A stretch of DNA of 34,094 nt, from positions 1 through 34,094 of IMG/VR virus record IMGVR_UViG_3300020045_000534; one strand, 5' to 3'. The stretch is from a virus (lineage: Duplodnaviria > Caudoviricetes). Position 1 is the stretch's first letter; each line of letters begins with the position of its first letter. The position numbers and the translations under genes are program-made. Of the stretch, positions 18,551-26,464 are shown piece after piece. The notes under the pieces were generated by a model. The model did not search any database. It worked only from the letters and a program-made list of their open reading frames with translations, and was not told the DNA's origin.

Positions 18551-19242
18551 TAAGACTTGGCTAAAAAAACCTCGTCCGCAAGTCCGTCATACCAGTCTAC
18601 CGAGAGCTTCACCTTGTCGATAGCCTGCTCAAGGTGGAACCGGGAAGCGTCGGGCAGTGCCGTGCGAAGTGCCGCGACGGTCTCAAGCGCCGGGCTAGTC
18701 TCATACTGGCCATCAGGGGCAGCGATCTTGACGATGTGCAGCTGCCACAGGAGGTTCGTGTATAGCCGGTTCCGAGCCGCGTTAACAACCTCAGTCTTCT
18801 CCCGCTTTCCGGTGACGGGGTTGAAATACTCGTCGTACTCGATGGGATACTCGGCCTTAGAGGTTTCCAGTGCGGCCTCTGACAGCTTCTTGTCAAAACC
18901 GCGGACGGTAATGATGTATTTGCCCGACTGAATCTTCTCAACCAGCGGAGCACGCTTCGCCTCCAGCGAGGCAAGCTCCTCCTGAAGTTTCGGCAGCTCA
19001 TCGGCAGCCTTGGAAGCCGACTTAATGCCCGATGCAACCTGCGTGGCCAGCTGGTCGATCTTCAGGTTCACCTGACCAATTTCCTCATCCAGCTCAACAA
19101 GGGGCAGAACGGCAACCTCGTCAAGGTAAACAGGAACCTCTACCTCTGCATAGCTCCGGCCCTGAATCGCGTCAAGGAAGCGGAAGGGCTTGATCCTGAG
19201 GGCCTCTTCGGCCAGCTCCTGCGGGGTGCGCTCGTCAGTCAT
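18550..19242 (-). CDS. Tail assembly chaperone (gpG-like)
   Basis: Between major tail and tape measure genes; AGGAG SD; slippery site at its 3' end. Confidence 0.8.
   Translation of the reverse strand: MTDERTPQELAEEALRIKPFRFLDAIQGRSYAEVEVPVYLDEVAVLPLVELDEEIGQVNLKIDQLATQVASGIKSASKAADELPKLQEELASLEAKRAPLVEKIQSGKYIITVRGFDKKLSEAALETSKAEYPIEYDEYFNPVTGKREKTEVVNAARNRLYTNLLWQLHIVKIAAPDGQYETSPALETVAALRTALPDASRFHLEQAIDKVKLSVDWYDGLADEVFLAKS
18562..18568 (-). other. Programmed -1 ribosomal frameshift heptamer T TTT TTA
   Basis: Codons GTT TTT TTA GCC AAG TCT TAA; the -1 frame reads AGC CAA GTC TTA ATG into the next ORF. Confidence 0.8.
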
Positions 19243-19279
19243 GTATATATCTCCTAGAATCCTCTAACCTCTAGAATCA

Positions 19280-19288
19280 AGCATAGCA
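19280..19288 (-). promoter_or_regulatory. Extended -10 element TGCTATGCT
   Basis: Directly after a terminator, upstream of the chaperone gene. Confidence 0.55.
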
Positions 19289-19292
19289 CAAG

Positions 19293-19328
19293 AAAAGGCC
19301 CCCAAACCTATAAGTTCAGGGGCCTTTT
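19293..19328 (-). terminator. Intrinsic terminator after the major tail genes
   Basis: AAAAGGCCCC...GGGGCCTTTT inverted repeat. Confidence 0.8.
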
Positions 19329-19361
19329 GAATCCCAAGGTAGCAGCTTGGAAACTTGGTTG

Positions 19362-20168
19362 TTACGTGTTGGTCACCGCAACGGTAGCACTCGCGCCAGT
19401 GGCAGGGAATGTGGCCGTAATCGTAGCAGTTCCAACCGCGACCCGAGTCACGACACCGTTGCCAGAGACTGTTGCAATAGTCGGGTTGCTCGTGCTCCAC
19501 ACCATGCCACGGGTATAGCGGCGTCCGTTAGCGGTTGCGTTCAGCTGAACGTACTTGTTGCCAGCAATAGTACCCGAAGAGGTTGCAGGGGAGGCGACTA
19601 CGGTGACCGCAGCAGTTCGTGCCACGGTGTAAACAGACACCTCGCCCTGGCTCAAGAAGTTAACGGAGTAGCGGAAAGCTTCCTCGCCAACAATCGACTC
19701 AGTGTAACCACCAGTGACAACCTTAAAAACGCTCAGGTAGTCCGCGAAGCCGCCGTCAGCGAAGTTGATGATCGCGCCGTTGGTGTAGAGCGGGGTCGTG
19801 TTGGCACTAAGGTCGCCATCAATCGAGGTGACAATGTAACCATACGTAGTAGGCGTCTTCAGAAGCTCATACGCGGTGTTGAAGATGTTGGTGGTGTCAC
19901 CGAAAACCTTCGGGTAGTAGAAGCTGAGCGTTCCGCCGAACTGGGTCGCGCCGCGAGTCTGGACGTTCGACTTGTTCGTGATCGCCGGGTCATCCGAGGT
20001 GTTAGATGCCTGAAGACCGAAGCTGTAATCGTTCCAAGAAACCGCGTCCGCAATGTTGGTGCCAGCGTTAAGCTCCGCGACCGTGGGGGCCTTGTAGTTA
20101 ACAAACGCACCCTGAGGATACCAGCGAAGCCGGATCGCTCCAGACGCTGCAAGTCGAACATCGACCAT
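19362..20168 (-). CDS. Major tail protein with a C-terminal Ig-like (Big_2-type) domain
   Basis: APTVAELNAG motif; C-terminal VWSTSNPTIATVSGNGVVT...GTATITAT. Confidence 0.85.
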   Translation of the reverse strand: MVDVRLAASGAIRLRWYPQGAFVNYKAPTVAELNAGTNIADAVSWNDYSFGLQASNTSDDPAITNKSNVQTRGATQFGGTLSFYYPKVFGDTTNIFNTAYELLKTPTTYGYIVTSIDGDLSANTTPLYTNGAIINFADGGFADYLSVFKVVTGGYTESIVGEEAFRYSVNFLSQGEVSVYTVARTAAVTVVASPATSSGTIAGNKYVQLNATANGRRYTRGMVWSTSNPTIATVSGNGVVTRVAVGTATITATFPATGASATVAVTNT

Positions 20169-20194
20169 GAGTTTTTTCCCTTATCCTTTGTCTG

Positions 20195-20710
20195 CTAGCT
20201 AGCCAGCGAGTAGTTCCAGTTAGTGCGGCCGTTGGGCAGCGTTGCGTTGGTCAGTCGAGCATTGTCCGTAGCGCCAACCACGTCCTGAGGCTGGTCCGTC
20301 TTGACATCGACCATCTTGATCTTGTCGCCAACCGCGTACACAACGTCAGACGCCTTGCCAACTCGCAGAACGGCGAGGTAGTTGCAGTCCGCAAACATGA
20401 GGCGCTGGAGTGCACCATCGAAGATTCCAGCAGCCGTACGGTCCTTGTCCCGAAGGATTGACAGAGTCACGGTCGGGTTGAGGAAGGTCGGGGTCTGCGT
20501 ACCAGCGAGGGTGCAGAACGTCAGGCCATCGTCAGTGTCAGGGTCACCCAGCGTAAACTCGGTGTCGTCCTCCCACAGCGCGCAAGTGATGTTGAACGAA
20601 AGCGCGGCGTTGTTCAGCTCGGCAGTTGTAGGTGCCGCAAAGTTCGCGATAGCCTCGGGCTCGTACAGGTCCACGCGTACACCCAGCCGGTACAAACGGT
20701 CGTTAGCGAT
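20195..20710 (-). CDS. Major tail protein paralogue (start ATC at 20710 or TTG at 20695)
   Basis: APTTAELN motif shared with the downstream gene; the SD GAAGGGG is spaced for ATC. Confidence 0.75.
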   Translation of the reverse strand: MANDRLYRLGVRVDLYEPEAIANFAAPTTAELNNAALSFNITCALWEDDTEFTLGDPDTDDGLTFCTLAGTQTPTFLNPTVTLSILRDKDRTAAGIFDGALQRLMFADCNYLAVLRVGKASDVVYAVGDKIKMVDVKTDQPQDVVGATDNARLTNATLPNGRTNWNYSLAS

Positions 20711-20765
20711 AAGTCATCACCCCTTCAAGATGGGCGAGTGCCTTAGTCGCCGTGGAAAAGTTCAT
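20703..20765 (-). CDS. Putative leaderless 20-aa uORF (MNFSTATKALAHLEGVMTYR)
   Basis: ATG is exactly 6 nt after TGGTAAGAT (20772-20780); the ORF overlaps the tail gene start. Confidence 0.4.
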   Translation of the reverse strand: MNFSTATKALAHLEGVMTYR

Positions 20766-20793
20766 AATTCAATCTTACCACAGAGGCTGAAAT

Positions 20794-21462
20794 TTACACC
20801 AATTTGTGCGGCGCGTAAAGGTTTAGAATATGTTCTGCCCACGCAATTTTATCCTCAACCCGCTGGCCAGCTGGCTGGTAAGTATTCCAAAGCTCCAGAT
20901 TTTCTAAACGGTTATCAGCGCGGTCGCCATTAATGTGATGAACATTCTCAGAGCGTTCTAATTTACGGCCTAAGTGTTCCTCCATAACCCAGCGGTGGTG
21001 AAGCTTTCCAACTCTCTTGCCTCGACTCGGGTCGAAGTACATCACATATTTGTAGCCGTCAATTGCTGGCTTCCCAACCACGATAGCCTTGGATACTCTA
21101 TCTGTATAGCCGGGCTGAGACATCCTGTTTTCGTGGTAGTGCTTAGTGCACCAATCTTTTCTGGTGATTATCCCCAAGCAATCTGGATTCAGGCAAGTCT
21201 GACCTGCCTTTGATTTTTTCGGCCTCTTAGCGTATTCAGCCTTACCGCGAGAACTTTTTGCAAGCTTGCATGGCTCACAGCGGCATCCTCTATTGGTGTA
21301 ACCCGTCTCGGTCCCGTGCCAATATGCGCCCTTCGCCACAGATGATCGGTCCTTTAGCCTATCCCGGTAAGCAAGGTACGCTTGCTTGCAGCTTTCACAC
21401 CGGCATTTGTGCTTGTTATAGCCACTAGTTGTGCCATGATTCCATCCCGCTTTTCTTCCCAT
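20794..21462 (-). CDS. Free-standing HNH endonuclease with N-terminal Cys/His repeats (222 aa)
   Basis: HRWVMEEHLGRKL...ENVHHINGDRADNRLENLEL; two HGTxxGY...CRCxxC repeats; leaderless ATG 6 nt after TGTTATTCT. Confidence 0.9.
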   Translation of the reverse strand: MGRKAGWNHGTTSGYNKHKCRCESCKQAYLAYRDRLKDRSSVAKGAYWHGTETGYTNRGCRCEPCKLAKSSRGKAEYAKRPKKSKAGQTCLNPDCLGIITRKDWCTKHYHENRMSQPGYTDRVSKAIVVGKPAIDGYKYVMYFDPSRGKRVGKLHHRWVMEEHLGRKLERSENVHHINGDRADNRLENLELWNTYQPAGQRVEDKIAWAEHILNLYAPHKLV

Positions 21463-21486
21463 ATAAATAGAATAACACAGGGGAAC

Positions 21487-21524
21487 AACAAAACCCCCGC
21501 AGATTAAAATATCCACGGGGGCTT
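21487..21524 (-). terminator. Intrinsic terminator
   Basis: GCCCCCGTGGAT/ATCTGCGGGGGT stem followed by a T-rich tail on the - strand. Confidence 0.8.
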
Positions 21525-21550
21525 GGTTAGAGCTGAATGCTTGAGTATTG

Positions 21551-21961
21551 CTACTTGGCATCCTTAGCGGTCTTAGTGTCGTCAGAAGCAACGGCAAAAT
21601 TGGTGTCAGTATCGATGGGCTTAGCCGCAAGCTCTGCGATCTTGGCGTCCTCAGCATCCTTGGCCTCAGCCGCGTCCTTGGCAGCCTTCTCCTGATCAGC
21701 AGCAGCCTGCTTCGCAGCAGCCTCGGCGTCAGCAGCAGCCTTCTCGTCAGCCTTCTCTTCGGAGGCGCGGCGCGCAGCCTTCTCCTCAGCCCAAGCGATG
21801 TACTCGGACTTAGACATGGCCTTGTACTTAGTCGGGGAGAATGACTTGGTATCTTCGGCAACCTCAACCAGATTGTCATAGACATCGAGGTAGTTGCGAG
21901 GGTTCTTAGCCACCTGTCCGTTGACAAGGTTCAACGTGGTGATGAGGTCGGTTTCAGCCAT
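21551..21961 (-). CDS. Hypothetical protein with an Ala/Glu/Lys-rich helical tail
   Basis: Own promoter (TGCTAGAAT, 6 nt to ATG) and own terminator. Confidence 0.75.
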   Translation of the reverse strand: MAETDLITTLNLVNGQVAKNPRNYLDVYDNLVEVAEDTKSFSPTKYKAMSKSEYIAWAEEKAARRASEEKADEKAAADAEAAAKQAAADQEKAAKDAAEAKDAEDAKIAELAAKPIDTDTNFAVASDDTKTAKDAK

Positions 21962-22004
21962 ATATCTATTCTAGCAGATAGCTTGACTTTTACCATATTT
22001 CCAG

Positions 22005-22463
22005 CTATGGAACTGGAATGTACCCGGCAACATCATCAGTATTGACGCTAAATGTGAACCTCTGGTTCGGCAAGTAGGCGGTGACGTTTCCCTGAGAATT
22101 ACGAGTGACCAGACTACCGCTGCCGCCGCGAGGGTCCATGGCCCCGCCGCCTTCGGGCCGCCAGCCAATCAGGCGGTCTACCACTAGGGAGAGCCCCGAG
22201 CGCGCATCGTTCTCGCGTTCGCCCACCATGAAGATGTCCACTGTAGAGAAGTAGTCTTCCCACCGGGAGCCACCAACGGCTCCCCCACCGGGGCGAAGCT
22301 GAATGCTGCCCCACATCAAAAGAATGTAGTTGACCAGCTTGCCGTTAACTCGTGGCAATGTGGCATCGTCAGGAAGCCCACCCTCATGCACCCGATAGGT
22401 TGTAAACTCGCTCTGGATGTGTGCCTTGATAGACTGCTGTACTGCGTAAAGATCAAGCGCCAT
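22005..22463 (-). CDS. Putative tail terminator protein
   Basis: Size and position as last connector gene; ends ...RFTFSVN. Confidence 0.65.
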   Translation of the reverse strand: MALDLYAVQQSIKAHIQSEFTTYRVHEGGLPDDATLPRVNGKLVNYILLMWGSIQLRPGGGAVGGSRWEDYFSTVDIFMVGERENDARSGLSLVVDRLIGWRPEGGGAMDPRGGSGSLVTRNSQGNVTAYLPNQRFTFSVNTDDVAGYIPVP

Positions 22464-22915
22464 CAGCCTCGTCCAATCTGTCGGGCGGCGTCCTGAATCA
22501 TATCCTGACTAGCCGCCTTAACCTTATCCCGCATCAAAGCGCCCTCGTCCCTGATGGCCTGGACCCCGACGATGTGCTCAGTGCCCAACATTTGGAAGCC
22601 GAAATACTCTTCGTACTGGCCAAGGAAGCCCGCCTCGGCATTGATGACACTCGGGGCCGGGGATGCAACCCTGTGATCAATGGCATTAATCATGGTATCT
22701 GTTACGCGACGGCCCGCGTGCTCACCCTCGCCACGAGCAACACGATCCTCACCGGTGACGGTCTTGGCTTGAGTGATGCGCTCCTGCATGCCCTGAGCGG
22801 CCTGCTCTGCGATGAATTCCATCTGGTTCTGCAAACGACTCACGCTGGATACGGGGATGCCACGGAGATTGTTCGCCAAATCCTCAAGTGTTCCACGAGC
22901 CCACTTTGCACCCAT
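22463..22915 (-). CDS. Neck/tail completion protein (HK97 gp10-like position)
   Basis: Synteny; YFGFQMLGT resembles the gp10 Y...E.GT motif. Confidence 0.55.
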   Translation of the reverse strand: MGAKWARGTLEDLANNLRGIPVSSVSRLQNQMEFIAEQAAQGMQERITQAKTVTGEDRVARGEGEHAGRRVTDTMINAIDHRVASPAPSVINAEAGFLGQYEEYFGFQMLGTEHIVGVQAIRDEGALMRDKVKAASQDMIQDAARQIGRG

Positions 22916-23358
22916 TAGTTCACCTCAGGCGCGCTCATGTCAGAAGTCGCCATGACAGTTCGCGTCCACATGCCAGAGCTGTTGATGCCGTTCTGGATGA
23001 CGTACTGGAAGCCCTCAAGCGTCGGGTCTTCTCCACCATCGACAACGATAATCTGCTGGCCCTTCCGGATGGAACCCTGCCCGGCCGGATCATAAGGAAG
23101 CTGGAATTCCACCGTACGAATGTTCTTTTCCTGGTAGCCAGCATCTGAATCGCGGTCACCCTTGAGCGGCTGGATGCGAGCCTTACCTTCCCACACAACC
23201 TCAGGCTCATCGCCGGTGACGGAGTTGTCAAAGCGGTTGAAGTCCCCGGAGTTTTGCTCGGGCTCAACGATCTTGATATACCCGGTCATCCAGAATTCAA
23301 TAGCCGGGCGCATTCTCTCCGCCATCGCTGTGACATCTACACTAATCTGAATTACCAC
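22915..23358 (-). CDS. Head-to-tail stopper (DUF6093-like)
   Basis: VVWEGKARIQP and FQLP motifs; synteny. Confidence 0.7.
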   Translation of the reverse strand: MVIQISVDVTAMAERMRPAIEFWMTGYIKIVEPEQNSGDFNRFDNSVTGDEPEVVWEGKARIQPLKGDRDSDAGYQEKNIRTVEFQLPYDPAGQGSIRKGQQIIVVDGGEDPTLEGFQYVIQNGINSSGMWTRTVMATSDMSAPEVN

Positions 23359-23780
23359 AGGTAGGGCCTCGGTGTTCCCTCAGGCCAAATCGGGTGCGAC
23401 CAGTCCGCAAAGCCAGTCGGCCCGATAAGGAACTCATCCTCACCACCAGCCAGCGCATCCTCTTCACGCCATCGGGCCGCAAGCTTCAGGAAGAAGTCAG
23501 CACTCTTGGATGGGGAAACCTGTAGGTCATCCTGCCGGTAATCGGGGGTCATGGCGAAAGTCGCGGCGAGGCTCTCGTACAGCGCGGCCCCAGCAAGCCG
23601 GATACTGCCACCCGCAAGGCTAAGCAGCGCAAGCGCGCTCGCGTCACTGACGTACAGATAGTCGCCAAGAATCGGGTCCGCCGTGGCGGTCGGAGAGTCG
23701 TCCGAGATGAGGACGCGCAGCAGCTGAAGATCAGTCGGTGGGTCACTGATCACGAAAGGATACACCCCGGGATTCGCCAT
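23352..23780 (-). CDS. Head-to-tail adaptor
   Basis: LRVLISD...YVSD...IRLAGAALYESLA pattern; leaderless ATG 6 nt after TGGTAGACT. Confidence 0.75.
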   Translation of the reverse strand: MANPGVYPFVISDPPTDLQLLRVLISDDSPTATADPILGDYLYVSDASALALLSLAGGSIRLAGAALYESLAATFAMTPDYRQDDLQVSPSKSADFFLKLAARWREEDALAGGEDEFLIGPTGFADWSHPIWPEGTPRPYLW

Positions 23781-23799
23781 TACTCCAGTCTACCAGCTA

Positions 23800-23871
23800 A
23801 ACCAAAACCCCCGGCCGGAGCGCAAGCTCAACAGCCGGGGGCGGTCGCCATTTAGAGGAGGTTTAGGCAAC
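23800..23871 (-). ncRNA. Candidate small RNA with an anti-SD loop and intrinsic terminator
   Basis: Promoter TGGTAAGCT at 23877-23885; hairpin GTTGCC-[TAAACCTCCTCTAAAT]-GGCGAC; terminator CCCCCGGC...GCCGGGGG TTTT; no ORF. Confidence 0.55.
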
Positions 23872-23891
23872 AATTAAGCTTACCATATTTG

Positions 23892-24437
23892 CTAAGAAAC
23901 CGGCAGAAGCTCCAGCGTGCAAGCCAATGTCGTTGCAGTGTGCCCACTAAGGCCAGCGCCCCACTGCCAAGAGGCATCGATGACTGTATCAAGCGTTGTG
24001 TTCACGGTTGTCGAGATTGAATTGAGGGGTGCAGATGAGCGCTGGAAGTTCAGCCCCGTAACATAGTCCACCGACCCTGCAATCACCACAGTCCCGGCAG
24101 GTCCAGCCGTGAGGCAAGTAATCGTCTGCGCAAGTCGGAAGTTGGCGTTGTTCAGGTTGCCTAGGAGCCCGGAGGTTACACCGCTAGTCACGGTGGTGCC
24201 GTTGAATTTCACCCGCACCGTGCCCGTGCCTACCCCGAGGGTTGGTGTAGTAGTCATCCCACTGATGATGAGACGCGCGACCCTGCCCGGGACAAGCCAG
24301 TTTGCGGGGATGAGCTTGGTGCCAACACCAGAAGACAAGATGCTGGTCTCAGTGGTGGTGTTAACCGTTGCCACACTGCTGTTCGAGTATGCCGTCCTGA
24401 AGGTGCTGTAAGCCGGGTCAGGGAACAGCTCGGACAT
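23892..24437 (-). CDS. Hypothetical beta-rich, probably virion-associated protein
   Basis: T/G/S-rich; TAATG-coupled to the upstream gene. Confidence 0.65.
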   Translation of the reverse strand: MSELFPDPAYSTFRTAYSNSSVATVNTTTETSILSSGVGTKLIPANWLVPGRVARLIISGMTTTPTLGVGTGTVRVKFNGTTVTSGVTSGLLGNLNNANFRLAQTITCLTAGPAGTVVIAGSVDYVTGLNFQRSSAPLNSISTTVNTTLDTVIDASWQWGAGLSGHTATTLACTLELLPVS

Positions 24438-25207
24438 TAGATGTAGCTCCCGTGAATCTGGGCACCCGCTGTCACAACTGTAGTGTCTGTCGCAGCGCTG
24501 GCAGCGGTCACTGCAAGCGCGATGCCGGTGGCGAAACGCTTACCGACCTGCCCGAATCCAAGGTTCGCCGTGGCCCCAGCCGCAACTGGAATCGTGACAA
24601 CGGGAACGTCAGTTCCTACGGTGGGCGCACTGGCCTTATTGAAAAGCTTCACGTAGATGGTCGCCGCGGTAACGTTGCTGATCGTGACTTCGAACAGCGA
24701 ACCGGCCGAGGTCTTAACGGACGTAGCGTTGGTAGTCGCCGCGGTAACCACGTTGAGCGTGCTAACAGTAGTGGGAGGTGATGCAACCGTAGCGACAGAC
24801 GCTTGGTTGGTCGCAAGCACCACGCGCTGAGTGCCTGCATCTACGTTACCCGCGTTCACTGAGACGGTAGTACCGTTCAGTTGCGCGTTGTTTACGGGAA
24901 GGTTAGACTGGTTCGAAGCGATAACAACAGGCTGTGAAGCTGCCATAACGGCCTGCCCCTGAGCGGGAAGCTTGGCACTCATCGCAGCTACGGTAGCATC
25001 GGTTGCGGCACCGGCGGGCAGAGGAAGCGAGGCGGCACTTACCGGAACAGCGCTCTGATTGCTGGCGATAACGACAGGCGCAGAGGCTGCCATGGTCGCC
25101 TGACCATTGGGGTTGCTGGAGCCACCCCCGCCACCACCGGTAGCGGAATAAGGCTGCCCCGTAGTGGGATCGATGAGAACAACGCGATCAGCGTCGGTGT
25201 AGGTCAA
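24437..25207 (-). CDS. Probable head fibre/decoration-like protein with internal repeats
   Basis: Poly-Gly linker, PVVIASNQS-type repeats, A/T/V-rich; directly downstream of the capsid gene. Confidence 0.55.
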   Translation of the reverse strand: MTYTDADRVVLIDPTTGQPYSATGGGGGGSSNPNGQATMAASAPVVIASNQSAVPVSAASLPLPAGAATDATVAAMSAKLPAQGQAVMAASQPVVIASNQSNLPVNNAQLNGTTVSVNAGNVDAGTQRVVLATNQASVATVASPPTTVSTLNVVTAATTNATSVKTSAGSLFEVTISNVTAATIYVKLFNKASAPTVGTDVPVVTIPVAAGATANLGFGQVGKRFATGIALAVTAASAATDTTVVTAGAQIHGSYI

Positions 25208-25240
25208 GATGTACCTTCCGGAGTTTCGGCCCTCTATTCA

Positions 25241-25250
25241 AGTTTACCAG
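25241..25250 (-). promoter_or_regulatory. Extended -10 element CTGGTAAACT
   Basis: Directly after the capsid terminator. Confidence 0.6.
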
Positions 25251-25257
25251 AGAGCGC

Positions 25258-25292
25258 AAAAAAGCCCCGCCACTATGGACGGGGCTTTCTTG
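25258..25292 (-). terminator. Intrinsic terminator after the major capsid gene
   Basis: AAAGCCCCGTCC-ATAGT-GGCGGGGCTTTTTT on the - strand. Confidence 0.85.
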
Positions 25293-25302
25293 TTTGAGAG
25301 TG

Positions 25303-26463
25303 TTAGCTGACTGCCGAGTTGTCTCCACGGCTGTAGCCGACGAGTGCCGGAGTCCACAGGACCGAACCGGAGACGAGGCGCATACGCAGCGTAGCCGTGT
25401 CGGTATCGAACGAACCCTCGAACGGCGAAACCTGTCCGCCACCGACGTAGTTGCCGGTAAGGTTCTGAATGCGAACCTCGGGTGCGGGCTGGAAGGTGGC
25501 CGAGAGGTGCTCAAGAACCGGGCGGGCCGTCGAGCCCGGCTTCGGGATGAGGAACCACTGGGTACCGGTCACATACGTGGACTCGATAACCGTGACGCCA
25601 GCGAACGGGTTGAAGCCGTTGACCTGATACACGTACTCGGGGGTGCCAGCGGCGGGGTTGGTGTTAACCGAGCCCAGCGTCTGGTTCAGCACGAAGTTGA
25701 CGTACAGCGCCTGTCCAACGGGCACGATGAGGTTGTATCCACCGTTGATCTGGACCTGTCGGCCGTTGATCGTACGCTGGCTCATCTGGATAATCAGAGC
25801 GAGGAGGGCGTCACGGCTGAACGGGGCGTTGGCAACCGAAGTGCCACCGGTCGGGATCGCGGTGCCAGCAGCAAGCTGCGATACGGCCGCGCGGCCACCG
25901 TTGAGGAGGGCGTTGTAAACGTCGTACTCTTCAGAGTCAAGAGCAACGCGCAGCATCTCCTGCGGCAGCGCGGCAAGAACGCTGTCCGAGTCGCCGTTAA
26001 TGAAGGCTTCCCACGTCCAGTCCGTCTTAAAACCACGCTTGTTCAGACCACCGGCAAGAGCCTCCTCGCCGCCCATGTAGGCGTACGGGTACGGAGCGCC
26101 CTCAGGGATGATCGGGGCAACACCCTCGGGGTTCGCACCCTCGCGGCCGAGACCCGACCACTCGGAAACCAGCGAGTACAGAACCGGCTTCTTGAAGTTG
26201 GGCAGTGCGCGATCGGTAGCGATCTGAGTCCAAGTGCGCGGGGCGCGCTCGAACTGGGGGAGGATGTTCAGCTCAAGGTAGTAAGCGTAGTTGTGGATCG
26301 CGTCCGAAGACGTGAAAACCTGCTCCAGCTTACCCTTCGCCATGCGGTCACCCGCGAGGGTGGACTCGACAAGCTCCTTGACCGCGGCAACCTTGGCAGG
26401 CGTGACAGCGGTGGGGGGCTTAAGCTTTCCGTTTGCAGTGAAAGCCTTAGTAAGTTCATCCAT
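25303..26463 (-). CDS. Major capsid protein (386 aa from MDELTK)
   Basis: Follows protease/scaffold and cement genes; IIPEGAPYP, EAFINGD and WFLIPKP motifs; strongly biased codons; terminator follows. Confidence 0.85.
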   Translation of the reverse strand: MDELTKAFTANGKLKPPTAVTPAKVAAVKELVESTLAGDRMAKGKLEQVFTSSDAIHNYAYYLELNILPQFERAPRTWTQIATDRALPNFKKPVLYSLVSEWSGLGREGANPEGVAPIIPEGAPYPYAYMGGEEALAGGLNKRGFKTDWTWEAFINGDSDSVLAALPQEMLRVALDSEEYDVYNALLNGGRAAVSQLAAGTAIPTGGTSVANAPFSRDALLALIIQMSQRTINGRQVQINGGYNLIVPVGQALYVNFVLNQTLGSVNTNPAAGTPEYVYQVNGFNPFAGVTVIESTYVTGTQWFLIPKPGSTARPVLEHLSATFQPAPEVRIQNLTGNYVGGGQVSPFEGSFDTDTATLRMRLVSGSVLWTPALVGYSRGDNSAVS

Positions 26464-26464
26464 A

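Noticed and set aside
20172-20180. GGGAAAAAA slippery-like run between the two major tail genes
   Set aside because: It lies after the upstream stop codon and serves as the SD/spacer of the next gene.
20794-21927. 377-aa ORF-track version of the HNH gene
   Set aside because: The extension overlaps the 136-aa gene in another frame and crosses a terminator; a leaderless ATG at 21462 explains the gene.
23856-23862. AGGAGGT as a + strand ribosome binding site
   Set aside because: No start codon follows at a suitable distance, and the promoter and terminator point to - strand transcription.
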